Shown one piece after another: positions 9,190 through 20,431 of a stretch of DNA of 64,000 nucleotides. Under the pieces are notes generated by a model. The model was given only the letters and a program-made list of their open reading frames with translations. It did no database searches and was not told the DNA's origin. Source of the DNA: Gammaproteobacteria bacterium. GTDB taxonomy: Bacteria > Pseudomonadota > Gammaproteobacteria > Ga0077536. Location of the stretch: contig CAXXLL010000002.1 in NCBI GenBank assembly GCA_963662545.2, forward strand, positions 352,001 through 416,000. Direction: 5' to 3'. Positions within the stretch are counted from its first letter, which is position 1; each line of letters begins with the position of its first letter. The position numbers were made by a program, and so were the translations under genes.

Positions 9190-10218
9190 TTAGGTGCAGG
9201 CATCGTAAATCCGGGTCCGCGTAAGGGTAGCGGCGAGTTCGATGGCCGCGCAGAGACTGCCGGCATGCGCTTTGCCAGTGCCCGCCAGAGCAAGCGCGGT
9301 ACCGTGATCGACGGACGTACGAATGAAGGGCAGCCCCAGGGTCACGTTCACCGCATCGCCAAACCCGACGGCCTTGAGCGCCGTGAGGCCTTGATCATGG
9401 TACATGGCGACGATCGTGTCGAAATCCGCGCGATTCGAAGCCGTGAATGCGGTATCGGCGGGCACGGGACCGGTGATCGACCATCCCTGTTCGCGACGTG
9501 CCTGAACGGCCGGGCGGATCACCTCGGCTTCTTCGGTGCCGAGGTAGCCGTCCTCACCGGCGTGCGGATTGAGTCCGCAGACGCACAGGCGCGGCTCAGC
9601 GATACCGAACCGGCGCTTCAAATCGTGCTCGAGGACATCGAGGACCGCGTTGAGCCGCGGTTTAGTCACTGCGGTGGCGACCTTTCGCAAGGGCAGGTGG
9701 GTGGTGACGAGCGCCACTCGGAACGTGCCGGCGACCAGCATCATGACGGGGACGGGTACGCCCAGTCGCTCGGCCAGATATTCGGTGTGACCAGAAAACG
9801 GAATGCCGGCCTCATTGATAATCGATTTCTGCACGGGGCCTGTGACCAGAGCGTCGGCGCTCCCCGCCAGACAGCTGTCCATTGCGGCGTCCAGGCAATT
9901 GAGTACGTAGCGGGCGTTTCGAGCGTCGAGTTGACCGGGTCGGGACGGGACCGCGGTGCCGATCGGAACCACGTGTATGACGCCGCTCGCCGTATCGTCG
10001 TACTCACCGGCGCCCGACACCTCGACGATTTCGATATCGAGACCGAGCTGGCCGGCCCTATTTCGTATCAGCTCAGGATCGGCAAAACAAATCGTGCGGG
10101 CCCCGTTCGGTTTTGACGCGCACAGAAGTGCGAGATCAGGTCCGATACCCGCAGGTTCCCCAGGTGTTAGCGCTATTCGAGGAGGCGTGAACTTATTCGT
10201 CGATGCGGTATTCGACAT
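9190..10218 (-). CDS. pdxA: 4-hydroxythreonine-4-phosphate dehydrogenase
   Basis: TPGEPAGIGPD, FSGHTEYL, GLNPHAGE, AMYHDQG, RTSVDHGTA. Confidence 0.96.
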   Translation of the reverse strand: MSNTASTNKFTPPRIALTPGEPAGIGPDLALLCASKPNGARTICFADPELIRNRAGQLGLDIEIVEVSGAGEYDDTASGVIHVVPIGTAVPSRPGQLDARNARYVLNCLDAAMDSCLAGSADALVTGPVQKSIINEAGIPFSGHTEYLAERLGVPVPVMMLVAGTFRVALVTTHLPLRKVATAVTKPRLNAVLDVLEHDLKRRFGIAEPRLCVCGLNPHAGEDGYLGTEEAEVIRPAVQARREQGWSITGPVPADTAFTASNRADFDTIVAMYHDQGLTALKAVGFGDAVNVTLGLPFIRTSVDHGTALALAGTGKAHAGSLCAAIELAATLTRTRIYDACT

Positions 10219-11467
10219 ACGCCTCGTCGCGCAGGCGACGCAACCAGGACTCGCGCTTTTCGTCGGTTTTACGCTTACGAATCACACGGCGCGCCCGATC
10301 GCGTTTGAACTCTTTGGTGCCGTCAATTTCGCGCCGATCCTGGACTTGAAGGATATGAAAGCCGAACTCGGTGCGGAAAGGCTGGCTGATCTCGCCGATT
10401 CGTGCCGCGAGCATCGCTTCCTCGAATTGAGGGACCATATTGCCCTTGCTGACCCATCCGAGATCGCCGCCTTCCAATGCAGATTTCCTGTCGTCGGAAT
10501 TCCTCTGTGCCAATTGCGCGAAATTGGCGCCGCCGTCCAGCCGCAGCCGGATTTGCGAGATTCTCCTGAACACCTGGGTCTCTGGTAGTAATTCGTTCGG
10601 CTTGATGAGGATGTGCCGAACCTTATGCTGCTCGACCATGATTTTCTCGCCGGTGCGTTGATCGACGAGTTTGACGATATGAAAACCGCTTGGACTGGTA
10701 ATGATACCGCTGACTTCGCCGATCTCCATTGTACTGACGGAATCGGCGAAAAGAGTCGGTATTTCCTCACCCTTGCGCCAGCCGAGGTCGCCCTTGTCCA
10801 GCGCCGTTTGGCCGTCGGATACAGCGATAGCAAGTGCGCCGAAATCCTCGCCGGCGTCGAGGCGGTCCAAGATGTCTTTGGCCTTATTCCTCAGCGCCCT
10901 AAGCTCATCGTCGCCCGCACCGACGGGCGTCGTGATGAGAATATGAGACAGGAGGTATTCGAGAGCGTTGTCCTCCTCGTTGTTTTCGTTGGACAGAAAA
11001 TTTTCGATCTCCTGCTCGCGCACCTTTACGCGGTTGTCGACTTCCTCTTTGCGCAGCTTAGCCATGACGATTTCCTGGCGAATCTGCTCGCGGAAGTAGT
11101 CGAACTGATGGCCGTCGGATTCCAGAATCTCGCGGAATTGTTCCAGGGATAGTTCATTGCGCCTGGCGATATCCAAAATCGCATGATCGAGGGAGTTTTC
11201 TTCGACTTCCACACCGATGCGGTCGGCCAGCTGCAACTGGATTTTCTCCAATACCAGACGCTCCATGACCTGCCTTTCGAGGATGGAGGTCGGCGGCGTC
11301 TGGGTTCCCTGATTACGCAACTGAAGCCGGACGCGGAGCATTTGCTCCTCAAGCTCGCTCTGCATGACGACATCTTCATCGACTACGGCGAGGATCCGGT
11401 CGAGTTCCGTTGCGTTAACTGCGGCCGCCGCGAAAATACCGGCAGCAAGGCCCGGGAGCCAGTTCAT
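10193..11467 (-). CDS. surA: Periplasmic chaperone/PPIase SurA (start approximate)
   Basis: LDRILAVVDEDVV N-domain, two parvulin domains (HILI...GDLGW); lptD-surA-pdxA-rsmA order. Confidence 0.93.
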   Translation of the reverse strand: MNWLPGLAAGIFAAAAVNATELDRILAVVDEDVVMQSELEEQMLRVRLQLRNQGTQTPPTSILERQVMERLVLEKIQLQLADRIGVEVEENSLDHAILDIARRNELSLEQFREILESDGHQFDYFREQIRQEIVMAKLRKEEVDNRVKVREQEIENFLSNENNEEDNALEYLLSHILITTPVGAGDDELRALRNKAKDILDRLDAGEDFGALAIAVSDGQTALDKGDLGWRKGEEIPTLFADSVSTMEIGEVSGIITSPSGFHIVKLVDQRTGEKIMVEQHKVRHILIKPNELLPETQVFRRISQIRLRLDGGANFAQLAQRNSDDRKSALEGGDLGWVSKGNMVPQFEEAMLAARIGEISQPFRTEFGFHILQVQDRREIDGTKEFKRDRARRVIRKRKTDEKRESWLRRLRDEAYVEYRIDE

Positions 11468-11672
11468 GGGCAGTACGGCGATTTTACAAACATCGTATTC
11501 CAAGGCGTAGCAGATTTATCTTAAATCCGCCGAGCGCGGCGCACACGCGGATATTTTTTAGACGAGCGCTAGGGCTTTAAAACGAGGCGCAAATTGTACC
11601 TCATTGCGCCAGACTTGAAGAATTATCATCGCCAAATCGGCCTTGGGTCGTGCCTGACTCCTGGGTGCCGGC

Positions 11673-13946
11673 TCAGTCGAAAGGATCCACGTATCCGGGG
11701 ATCCCGCGCCGTAAAAGCGCAGTCGCGTCCTGCCCGAATCCGCCGAGACCACGAAAGTGGACCTGCATGAAGAAGCCGTTTTCAAACTCGCCCTGCGTGT
11801 TACGCAAAAAGCGCCGGCCGATCAGGCGTGCGCCCCAACAACAGCTTTCATACTCAAGTCCCCAAATCGTTTCGAGCGAGCGGTTTTCCTGCAGGGAATA
11901 GTTCCAGCGGCCGACCATGGCCAGCCGATCGGTCAGCGGCCAGCGTATTGATACGTCCGTCTGTTCGATATCGGTCACCGCGCGACGAAACCGGTACCTC
12001 AAGTTCAATACGGTTTCGAGGTTCGGCCGGTAGCGGAGCATGATCGCCAGCTTTTCCGTCTCGGGTTCGTCGGGATCCCACTGAATCGTTCCACGGGCGC
12101 TCCAGTCGCCGATGAGGCTGGTCGCCGCTTCGGCGATGATCTCCGACTGACTGTCTCGCTCTTCGAACCCGCCCGGCAGGGTCACTTCGCGATCACGGAA
12201 GAAGAAAGTCTGGCCGAGGCTGAATCGGAAAGTCTCACGGCCATTTTCGGCATCGAGTGCACGGGTCGTCACGGCCAGCGCGACCTGGTTTGCGTCGCCG
12301 ACGCGATCACGCCCGGAAAACCGGTTGTACCGAAAAAGATTCTGAAACGAAATATCGAACCTGCCGCCGTCGAACCGCGGTATGTCGTCCTGACCGACGT
12401 GCGGAATCAAGAGATAAAAGATGCGCGGTTCCAGCGTTTGCAGTTGCGATTTACCGAACAACGAGAACTGCCGTTCGAGAAATAGCCGTGTATCTACACT
12501 GAATATGGGGACCGTGCGCGATTCGCGATCGTCAAAAACGTCACGCGGATCGTCGAGAAGGTACTCCGTATGACGAAGTGCCAGGCGCGGAGTGAAGGAC
12601 ATGTAGTTCGTTCTGAACACGCGATTTATCTGGGGTTCCAGATCGATGCGCCCGCCGGTGACACTGTCGTTGCGATCGAAATAAGTAGTTTCCGCGAGCA
12701 CGGAAGCGTTTATTAGATATTGGTTGGCCGGCGCCGAGGCTCTGAGAACGAATTGCGGAAGGCGTGCATAAGGTTCCGATGTGGAAGGGATCGTTTCGTC
12801 TACCGTCTGGTAGTCCTGCACGAGAACATAGCCGGAGAACCGGCTCTGGCTGTAACTGAGCGTAATCCGACGGTCGAGGAATCGCTGGCTGGTGATGCTG
12901 AGATTGTTACCGAAATCACTGAAATATCGATCGTCGGAGACATTATTGAAAATGACGTTCGCGCGGCCGCGATTGTTCAGGAATGAATGCCGATGTCTGA
13001 ATGCAAGAAGAGATCGATCATCGTCATTGCGCAAATCATCGCTAGGCAAGTATTCGAATTCGATCTGTCCCGCGAAGCTAGGCTGCAGATAGCGGTATTG
13101 ACCGCCGAGCATGGCGCCGCGGTCGGCCATGATCCGCGGCGTAATGGTCGCATCCTGATGCGGAGCAATGTTCCAGTAGTAGGGGACTCTCGCGTCGAAA
13201 CCAGACTCGTTCGACGAACCATAAGAGGGCGCCAGGAATCCGGTCTTGCGTTTGTCGCTGATCGGAAAGTTGACGTACGGAAAATAGAAAACCGGTATGT
13301 TCTTAACTCGAAGCACAGCGTTGCGGGCGGAACCCCGGTCTGATTCGTGATTAAGCTTGATGGAGCTTGCCGATATACGCCAGGCTTCGTCGGAAAGCGG
13401 GCAGGTCGAATAATCGACGCCTTCGAGCAGGGTGACATCGGCTTTACGATCGTTGATAAGTCGTTCGGCATTACCGCGGCCGCGGCCACCGAGTATCCAG
13501 TAGCGGCCCTCATCCAGCACCGATACTTCGCTATTGAGATCGTAGGTCGCCCGCGTGCCCGCCCAGATGATACTCGACTCCCAGATGTGGGCGCGTCCTT
13601 CGGCTTGAAATACGCCGGTGTCGTTGTCGTAAGTGATCACTTCGGCACGCAGGGCGCGATCGCCCTGGACGACCTCTACGTCACCGCTGAACTGGGAAAG
13701 GCCTTCCTTCACGAGGCGCGTACTGTCGGCTCGGATTTCAGTACTTTCGGGATCGGCGGAATCTTCGGTATATCCGGGTCGGATCGGGATGAAGCGCTCG
13801 GCAGGGCACAATCGCCACTGGAAATTGCCGGCACGCTCATCGAGCACGCGGGCCTCAGCAATACCGCCCGTCAACGCCGTGAGCAGCGCGAGCGCGAGCA
13901 AGGCCGGCGCTGTAGCCGGCTGGCGTAACCTCGTTATTTTTTTCAT
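11673..13946 (-). CDS. lptD: LPS assembly outer-membrane protein LptD
   Basis: YSTCP...W, RKTGFLAP, PYYWNIAP, QTLEPRIFYL, EYESCCW. Confidence 0.95.
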   Translation of the reverse strand: MKKITRLRQPATAPALLALALLTALTGGIAEARVLDERAGNFQWRLCPAERFIPIRPGYTEDSADPESTEIRADSTRLVKEGLSQFSGDVEVVQGDRALRAEVITYDNDTGVFQAEGRAHIWESSIIWAGTRATYDLNSEVSVLDEGRYWILGGRGRGNAERLINDRKADVTLLEGVDYSTCPLSDEAWRISASSIKLNHESDRGSARNAVLRVKNIPVFYFPYVNFPISDKRKTGFLAPSYGSSNESGFDARVPYYWNIAPHQDATITPRIMADRGAMLGGQYRYLQPSFAGQIEFEYLPSDDLRNDDDRSLLAFRHRHSFLNNRGRANVIFNNVSDDRYFSDFGNNLSITSQRFLDRRITLSYSQSRFSGYVLVQDYQTVDETIPSTSEPYARLPQFVLRASAPANQYLINASVLAETTYFDRNDSVTGGRIDLEPQINRVFRTNYMSFTPRLALRHTEYLLDDPRDVFDDRESRTVPIFSVDTRLFLERQFSLFGKSQLQTLEPRIFYLLIPHVGQDDIPRFDGGRFDISFQNLFRYNRFSGRDRVGDANQVALAVTTRALDAENGRETFRFSLGQTFFFRDREVTLPGGFEERDSQSEIIAEAATSLIGDWSARGTIQWDPDEPETEKLAIMLRYRPNLETVLNLRYRFRRAVTDIEQTDVSIRWPLTDRLAMVGRWNYSLQENRSLETIWGLEYESCCWGARLIGRRFLRNTQGEFENGFFMQVHFRGLGGFGQDATALLRRGIPGYVDPFD

Positions 13947-14041
13947 TTACGCAAGGATGCGTGAGTGATATCCAGCGTTAAGCTAAAAGTCGCACAAATA
14001 CCGCATGTCTTCAACACGCGTAACGAAGTCCGTATCGCTGA

Positions 14042-14668
14042 TTAACCGGCGGATCCCGGGAGGTTTTTCTTTCGTTGCCTTAGATACGCGTCAATGCGCG
14101 ACAATTTATCTATTCCGGCGACTGTTTTGAGAATGTCCACCTTGTCGGAAATGTCCAGCGGGAGCACCTCGGCGAGCCGATGACCCACCCACAGTGCGCT
14201 GTCCATGTGCCAGCCTTTATAGGGGCCGTGCTCGAGCTTGTTTTCGTATAATTCCTCAAGCAAACCGCCCAGATATTCGAATTCCTTTGGGATCACGGCG
14301 TCGACCGGTTCGTCCAGGTAGTCGATGTCGCCGATCAGCAGCCGATTGACGCGGATACTGTGGTTGGTGACGCGAAACAAGCTGCCGCCGGAAACCTGGA
14401 TGTTAAGCAAACCGTCCTCGCCTTGATCCCATGATTCGATGGTGGCGATGGTACCGACGCGGTAGAAATGGGGCGTTGCCCCGACTTCGCGGCCATATTT
14501 GATCGGCACGATGCCGAAAGGCTTTTCGTTTCTCAGCGATTCGCTGACCATGTCGAGGTAGCGCGGCTCGAATATCCTCAATGGCAGTAACCCGGCCGGG
14601 TAGAGGACTGTTTCGAGCGGAAACAAGGGAATCGGGTCGCGCAGCTCCGGGGGTAGCGTATCGCTCAC
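14042..14668 (-). CDS. LON peptidase substrate-binding (N-terminal) domain protein
   Basis: IPLFPLETVLYPAGLLPLRIFEPRYLDMV. Confidence 0.88.
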   Translation of the reverse strand: MSDTLPPELRDPIPLFPLETVLYPAGLLPLRIFEPRYLDMVSESLRNEKPFGIVPIKYGREVGATPHFYRVGTIATIESWDQGEDGLLNIQVSGGSLFRVTNHSIRVNRLLIGDIDYLDEPVDAVIPKEFEYLGGLLEELYENKLEHGPYKGWHMDSALWVGHRLAEVLPLDISDKVDILKTVAGIDKLSRIDAYLRQRKKNLPGSAG

Positions 14669-16026
14669 GGTGTCTCGTCCAGGGCCTCGAGGATGCGGTC
14701 GTGGATATTATCAAATGCGCCGTTGCTCATGATTAAGATTTGATCGCCCGCACGCGCCAGCGCAGCGATATCGGTGGCAAGCGTAGCGGTTTCCCCGTAA
14801 ACGCGGCAATGGGGAACCACTCCCAGCACCCGTTCGATATCCCAGTCCAGTTTATCGCCGACAAACACTGCGATCTGGTCGGCGCTTTCGAGCGCGCTCA
14901 CCAGGCTTTCCCGGTGGACGCCCATTCGCATGGTATTGGAGCGCGGTTCCATCACCGCGATGATGCGCCCATCTGCTGAAGACGTACGCAGCGCTTCTAT
15001 GGTTGCAGCGATCGCCGTCGGATGATGTGCGAAATCGTCGAATACCCGCACGCCTCGGCGTATTCCCTTAAGCTCGAGGCGCCGCTTGACGTTCTTGAAT
15101 GACGGCAATGCCGCCAGGGCCTTCTCGCAGCTCAAGCCGGCGTCGCTGACCGCACAGATGGCTGCGAGCGTATTCAAGGCGTTGTGTTGGCCGAGCAGGG
15201 GTGAGTGGGTCCGGAACTCGCGACCGCCCGGCGGGATGATCCCCAGCGAATCGGCGGCATTCGAATCGAAATTCAATCGCCATTGGCACGCCGGCTCCTT
15301 GCCGAAAGTCATGGTTCGCGACCAACACCCCATTTCGAGGACATCGTCGATCGCCTCGTCCGGACAGCGTCGGACGATCAATGCCTCCCGTGGCAGAGTA
15401 CGGATCAGATGGTGGAACTGCGTTTGAATCGCGCCGAGGTCGGCAAATATGTCAGCGTGATCGAACTCGAGATTATTGATGATCAAAGTACGCGGTAGGT
15501 AGTGGACGAATTTTGAGCGCTTGTCGAAGAACGCAGTGTCGTATTCGTCGGCCTCAATGACGAATAAGTCACCTGCGCCGAGACGCGCGGAGAGGCCGAA
15601 GTTCTCGACGACGCCCCCGACGAGAAACCCCGGTGCAAGGCCGGCGTATTCGAGTATCCAGCTGACGAGACTGGCAACGGTCGTCTTGCCGTGCGTGCCG
15701 GCAACCGCGATGACGTGTCGTCCGCGCAGTACGTTGTTCTTCAACCAAGCGGGGCCGGACACGTACTCGAGCCCGGCGCTTAATAAGTATTCGACCGCGG
15801 GGTTACCTCGCGATACGGCATTCCCGACGATCACCAGGTCGGGTTTTGGCGTCAAGGCTTTAGCACCATAGCCATCGTGCACCTCGACGCCGAGGGATTC
15901 GAGTTGCGTGCTCATCGGCGGATAAAGATCAGCATCCGAGCCTGTCACGCGGTGCCCGCTGTCGATGGCGAGCCTCGCCAGCCCCCCCATGAAAGTGCCG
16001 CCGATTCCTAGGATATGCAAATGCAT
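14665..16026 (-). CDS. mpl: Murein peptide ligase Mpl
   Basis: MHLHILGIGGTFMGG, VAGTHGKTT, EADEYDTAFFDKRSKF, DDFAHHPTA; ATG 16026 overlaps upstream stop. Confidence 0.95.
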   Translation of the reverse strand: MHLHILGIGGTFMGGLARLAIDSGHRVTGSDADLYPPMSTQLESLGVEVHDGYGAKALTPKPDLVIVGNAVSRGNPAVEYLLSAGLEYVSGPAWLKNNVLRGRHVIAVAGTHGKTTVASLVSWILEYAGLAPGFLVGGVVENFGLSARLGAGDLFVIEADEYDTAFFDKRSKFVHYLPRTLIINNLEFDHADIFADLGAIQTQFHHLIRTLPREALIVRRCPDEAIDDVLEMGCWSRTMTFGKEPACQWRLNFDSNAADSLGIIPPGGREFRTHSPLLGQHNALNTLAAICAVSDAGLSCEKALAALPSFKNVKRRLELKGIRRGVRVFDDFAHHPTAIAATIEALRTSSADGRIIAVMEPRSNTMRMGVHRESLVSALESADQIAVFVGDKLDWDIERVLGVVPHCRVYGETATLATDIAALARAGDQILIMSNGAFDNIHDRILEALDETP

Positions 16027-16535
16027 CAGACTGCCGCCCGCAAAAGGCGATCGATGAAGATAACCAACTGAATTAAAAAGATCGCGTAGCCGAAAGAGAT
16101 GAAGAAGCCGATGATGAACCGCGTGTCGAGTGCGTGTCTCAATATGTGAGCCATGACGAACAGGTTCCACAGAAAAATGACAACGCGCACCGGCTGAGGT
16201 AGTGCCGGAAACAATAGAAGCAACACCAGCACGCAACTTCCGATCAGTGTCCCGGTACCCATTAGCGCGGTCAGGGTCTGTACCGTGCGTGCTACCCGCG
16301 CGAAAGAAAACAGCAATGCGGCGGTGAGACCGACCAGCACGAACACTTCAAGCAGCGCGACCAGGATCGAGGATCCCAAAGGCAACTTGAGTTGATTAAT
16401 GGCCGTGCTCAAAACGAGGTTGGAGAGGGTCGTAAGGCCAAGCAGGGCCGGGGTGCGGGGAATATCTTGCGGCGCTAGACGGAAACAGCAAATCCCCCAG
16501 AAAGCTTGCGTCAGCGTTGCCAATGCAGATGGCAT
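16026..16535 (-). CDS. Hypothetical integral membrane protein
   Basis: About five hydrophobic segments; TGATG coupling to mpl. Confidence 0.75.
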   Translation of the reverse strand: MPSALATLTQAFWGICCFRLAPQDIPRTPALLGLTTLSNLVLSTAINQLKLPLGSSILVALLEVFVLVGLTAALLFSFARVARTVQTLTALMGTGTLIGSCVLVLLLLFPALPQPVRVVIFLWNLFVMAHILRHALDTRFIIGFFISFGYAIFLIQLVIFIDRLLRAAV

Positions 16536-16545
16536 GATCGCGGGG

Positions 16546-16593
16546 CTAGAAGCCTGTATGGCATAGGGAATCGTATGCCATACAGACTGCTAG
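16546..16593. mobile_element. Minimal 40-bp family-C derivative (two TIRs plus 8-bp spacer)
   Basis: CTAG-aagcctgtatggcata-gggaatcg-tatgccatacagactg-CTAG; tagggaatcgta also occurs in the 59320 copy. Confidence 0.7.
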
Positions 16594-16671
16594 TCCTCTA
16601 GCTGCGCTGGTTCGACCCGGGCAGGAAAAAGCAGCACACCGTCGGGGCCGATGCGGGGTGGTCAAGCGGAT

Positions 16672-17937
16672 TCACGCGGTGGGAAGGTCTGTTCGAGTCG
16701 GCGCCTGTGTTTCGTCCCCGTATCGCGATTGCACGTAGTCATCGAGAATACGCTTGAATTCTTCGGCGATGTCGTCGCCACGCAGGGTGACAGTTTTTTC
16801 GCCGTCGATGAATACGGGCGCGGACGGTACTTCGCCCGTGCCGGGCAGACTGATCCCGATATTTGCGTGTTTGCTTTCTCCGGGGCCGTTCACGACGCAG
16901 CCCATGACGGCCAGGTTCATATCTTCCACGCCCGGGTAGCGTTCGCGCCAGGCGGGCATTTGCATTCGTACATAGGCCTGGATATCGCCTGCAAGTTCCT
17001 GGAAAACGGTACTCGTCGTTCGTCCGCAACCGGGACATGCGATAACCAGCGGCGTGAACGATCTGAGGCCCATCGTCTGCAACAATTCCTGGGCGACGAT
17101 GACCTCCCGGGTTCGGTCCCCGCCCGGATCGGGCGTGAGGGAAACTCGGATCGTGTCGCCAATCCCCTGTTGCAAAAGGATACCCATGGCGGCGGCGGAA
17201 GCGACGATGCCTTTCGAACCCATACCCGCTTCCGTTAGCCCGAGATGGAGCGCGTAGTCGCAGCGCGCCGCGAGTTCCGTGTACACGACGATGAGATCCT
17301 GAACGCCGCTGACCTTGCACGACAGGATGATGCGGTTCCGGGCGAGCCCTATTTCCTCGGCCTTGGCCGCGCTGTTCAGGGCGGAGGTAATCAGGGCATC
17401 GCGGGTCACTTCCCTGGCATCCCGCGGTTCGGGCAGCGCCGCATTGGCGTCCATCATGTTGGCGAGGAGGGTTGGATCGAGGCTGCCCCAGTTCACGCCG
17501 ATACGGACCGGCTTGTTACGTTCGATCGCGGCTTCGATCATGGTAGCGAATCGCGCGTCCTTTTTACGTCCAAATCCGACGTTTCCCGGGTTGATACGGT
17601 ATTTGTCGAGTGCATCGGCGCAGTCCGGATACTTGGTGAGCAAAGTGTGTCCGTTATAGTGAAAATCGCCCACCAACGGAACTTTGCTTCCCATCGCGTC
17701 CAGCAATTCGCGAATTCGGATGACCTGGCGGGCCGCCTTCTCGGTATTTACCGTGATCCGCACGAGCTCGGAGCCCGCCGCGGCGAGCGCTTGTACCTGT
17801 TTGGCGGTAGCGACGGCGTCCTCGGTATCGGTATTCGTCATCGACTGTACGACGATGGGCCCATCGCCGCCGACAACGATGTCACCGATGCGTACCGGGA
17901 TTGATTTTCGGCGCGTAAGGCCGTTTTCTGCGGTCAT
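16672..17937 (-). CDS. ispG: (E)-4-hydroxy-3-methylbut-2-enyl-diphosphate synthase
   Basis: [46 protein letters not shown]. Confidence 0.96.
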   Translation of the reverse strand: MTAENGLTRRKSIPVRIGDIVVGGDGPIVVQSMTNTDTEDAVATAKQVQALAAAGSELVRITVNTEKAARQVIRIRELLDAMGSKVPLVGDFHYNGHTLLTKYPDCADALDKYRINPGNVGFGRKKDARFATMIEAAIERNKPVRIGVNWGSLDPTLLANMMDANAALPEPRDAREVTRDALITSALNSAAKAEEIGLARNRIILSCKVSGVQDLIVVYTELAARCDYALHLGLTEAGMGSKGIVASAAAMGILLQQGIGDTIRVSLTPDPGGDRTREVIVAQELLQTMGLRSFTPLVIACPGCGRTTSTVFQELAGDIQAYVRMQMPAWRERYPGVEDMNLAVMGCVVNGPGESKHANIGISLPGTGEVPSAPVFIDGEKTVTLRGDDIAEEFKRILDDYVQSRYGDETQAPTRTDLPTA

Positions 17938-18076
17938 GGCGGGACTGTCGACCTAGACTCGGTTACGAGGAATAGGTGAAATTCTACAGTAGCCCACACG
18001 ACGGTGCCAAAAAGCGTGTGGCAATCTGAACGAACGGCGGCGAGCATTAATATGCGGAATTTAAACGAGGGCCAAC

Positions 18077-18979
18077 ATGCGGATTGGAATTGACCTCGGC
18101 GGAACCAAAATTGAGGGCGCCGTGTTGAGCGACGGCGACCGATTCGTCGAACGGCGCCGCGTCCTCACGCCGCGCGATTATCCGGACATCTGTTCGGCCA
18201 TTACCGATCTCGTCATCGGCATGGAATCGGATCTTGGGACGCGGTGTTCGGTCGGTCTGTCGATGCCGGGTGCAATTTCTCCCGCGACGGGAAGGGTGAA
18301 GAACGCCAATACCGTGTGTCTCATCGACAAGCCCTTCGTAGGTGATCTGGAGGAGCGCCTGGACCGGGAAGTGCGCGCGGAGAACGATGCAAACTGCCTG
18401 GTCATCTCGGAAGTTTACGACGGGGCGGCGACGGGAGACGCGGTTGCATTTGGGGTCATCGTCGGGACGGGGACCGGCGGTGGCATTTACGCGAACGGTG
18501 CCCTCATCCGTGGAGCCAACGCGATCGGCGGCGAGTGGGGTCACAATCCGGCGCCGTGGATGGGTATCGAAAGCGGGGGGCGCGCATGCTATTGCGGGCG
18601 ACAGGATTGCATCGAAACCTATCTGTCCGGTCCGGGGCTTGCGCGGAGCTACCGTGAGCGCGGCGGGGGCCCGTCCGCTACTGTGGAGGCGATCGTCGAT
18701 CTAGCTGCTCGTGGCGACGCGACGGCCTGCGCGGCGCTCACCGACTACGCGCGTCAATTCACCCATGCGGTGGCTACCGTGATCAACGTGCTCGATCCGG
18801 ACACGGTCGTGGTCGGGGGCGGCCTGTCGAACATTCCGTCGCTGTCCGAAAACGTCGAGCGCTTGTTGCCGGATTACGTTTTTTCGGATGCCGTGACCAC
18901 GCGGGTACGCCGTGCGATCCACGGCGACAGCAGCGGTGTACGGGGTGCTGCCCGTCTATGGGAAGCAACCGGCGGCTGA
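18077..18979 (+). CDS. ROK-family sugar kinase (Mak/fructokinase-like)
   Basis: GIDLGGTKIE, ENDANC, GTGTGGG, GEWGH, CYCG...CIE. Confidence 0.88.
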   Translation: MRIGIDLGGTKIEGAVLSDGDRFVERRRVLTPRDYPDICSAITDLVIGMESDLGTRCSVGLSMPGAISPATGRVKNANTVCLIDKPFVGDLEERLDREVRAENDANCLVISEVYDGAATGDAVAFGVIVGTGTGGGIYANGALIRGANAIGGEWGHNPAPWMGIESGGRACYCGRQDCIETYLSGPGLARSYRERGGGPSATVEAIVDLAARGDATACAALTDYARQFTHAVATVINVLDPDTVVVGGGLSNIPSLSENVERLLPDYVFSDAVTTRVRRAIHGDSSGVRGAARLWEATGG

Positions 18980-19241
18980 ACCGACATTCTTCCGCACGAA
19001 AGCTGAATCCGACGTGGCTGGCGCTTCATAATGTGAATGGAGTCACAGCGAAAACCGCGATGAGCGACTACACTGAGACTAAGTCAAGGATACCTCCCAA
19101 TGCTCTTGACGCGCTCGGTGGACGCCCGATCCTCCCTCCCCCAATCCCCAGGGCGACACCGAGCATTTTTTCGCCTCTTAAATAGAATAAACTAATCGAA
19201 AATGTTATTTCGATAGAGATGAAATAAACAGACGATGATCG

Positions 19242-19934
19242 TCAACCGGTCGCCACTTTCTCCAGGCGGTAACCATGCTGGTAGATCGAGGAGAGTTTCC
19301 AGCCCGTATCGGGTGCCAGCGCGAGTTTCGATCGGATACGGCTCACGTGCGTATCAACCGTGCGCGTGTTGATATCGGGATTACGGCCCCACACGCTTTC
19401 GAGGATATGCCCTCTCGACAGCACACGCCCCACGTTTCTGAATAGAAAGACGATGAGTTCGTATTCCTTTTGCGTCACCTCGATGCGCTCACCGTCGCGT
19501 TGTATCTGGTGGTTACCCAAATCGATGAGAAACGGATCCTGTTCTATCGTCGACTGCTTGTCGTCGACGCCGGCCGTGCGCCTGACTACGGCCGTCAGGC
19601 GAGCCAGAAGCTCGCGTTGTTTCGCGGGCTTGACCACGTAATCATCGGCGCCTTCTTCGAGAGCGCGCACGATGTCGTCTTCTTGATCTTTGGCGGTGAC
19701 GAAGATCACTGGAATAGGCCAGTCGAAGTTCTCGCGGACCCAGCGCAGGACCTCGAATCCGTCCATGTCCGGGACCATCCAGTCGAGGATCAGAACGTCG
19801 TAACTGTCGTGCTTGATATTGCGGATAAACGGCTTGCCGCTATCAAAATGCTCGCAACTGTGACCGGCCGATTTCAACCAATTCATGAAGAGCGCGGCTT
19901 GATCCAAATCGTCTTCGAGCAGTGCGACCCTCAC
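19242..19934 (-). CDS. OmpR/PhoB-family response regulator; no adjacent kinase
   Basis: LLEDD, ILDWMVPDMDG, GADDYVVKP, winged helix TRTVDTHVSRIRSKL; GTG start 19934 inferred. Confidence 0.9.
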   Translation of the reverse strand: MRVALLEDDLDQAALFMNWLKSAGHSCEHFDSGKPFIRNIKHDSYDVLILDWMVPDMDGFEVLRWVRENFDWPIPVIFVTAKDQEDDIVRALEEGADDYVVKPAKQRELLARLTAVVRRTAGVDDKQSTIEQDPFLIDLGNHQIQRDGERIEVTQKEYELIVFLFRNVGRVLSRGHILESVWGRNPDINTRTVDTHVSRIRSKLALAPDTGWKLSSIYQHGYRLEKVATG

Positions 19935-20032
19935 ATCTAATCTCCCGATTGACCCTATTAGCTTTGGGCTGCGACCGTCACCGCCCGCGATGGCGTGTTC
20001 ACTAGCCCTCAAACGTTCGTATAATAACCCCA

Positions 20033-20431
20033 TTGATGAGCAAAATTACGAAATCCGAGGACGAATGGCGGGAAATCCTTTCGCCTGAAGCCTTTGCAGT
20101 ATGCCGTCATCAGGGGACCGAACCGCCTTTCTCCGGCCGCTATGACGCGAATAAGGAAGATGGGATATATCGTTGCGTGTGTTGTGCTGCCGAACTCTTC
20201 AAATCGGAGCATAAATTCGATTCTGGAAGCGGTTGGCCGAGTTTCTGGCGGGGCGTCGACGACGGCCAATTGATCTTGCGCGACGACGACAGCCACGGCA
20301 TGGTCAGGACCGAAGTGGTGTGCGCGCAATGCGATGCGCATCTCGGCCATGTTTTTGACGACGGGCCGGAACCGACCTCCAGGCGTTTTTGCATCAATTC
20401 CGTGGCACTCGATTTCGATCAGTCGGAATAA
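20033..20431 (+). CDS. msrB: Methionine-R-sulfoxide reductase
   Basis: [35 protein letters not shown]. Confidence 0.96.
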   Translation: MMSKITKSEDEWREILSPEAFAVCRHQGTEPPFSGRYDANKEDGIYRCVCCAAELFKSEHKFDSGSGWPSFWRGVDDGQLILRDDDSHGMVRTEVVCAQCDAHLGHVFDDGPEPTSRRFCINSVALDFDQSE

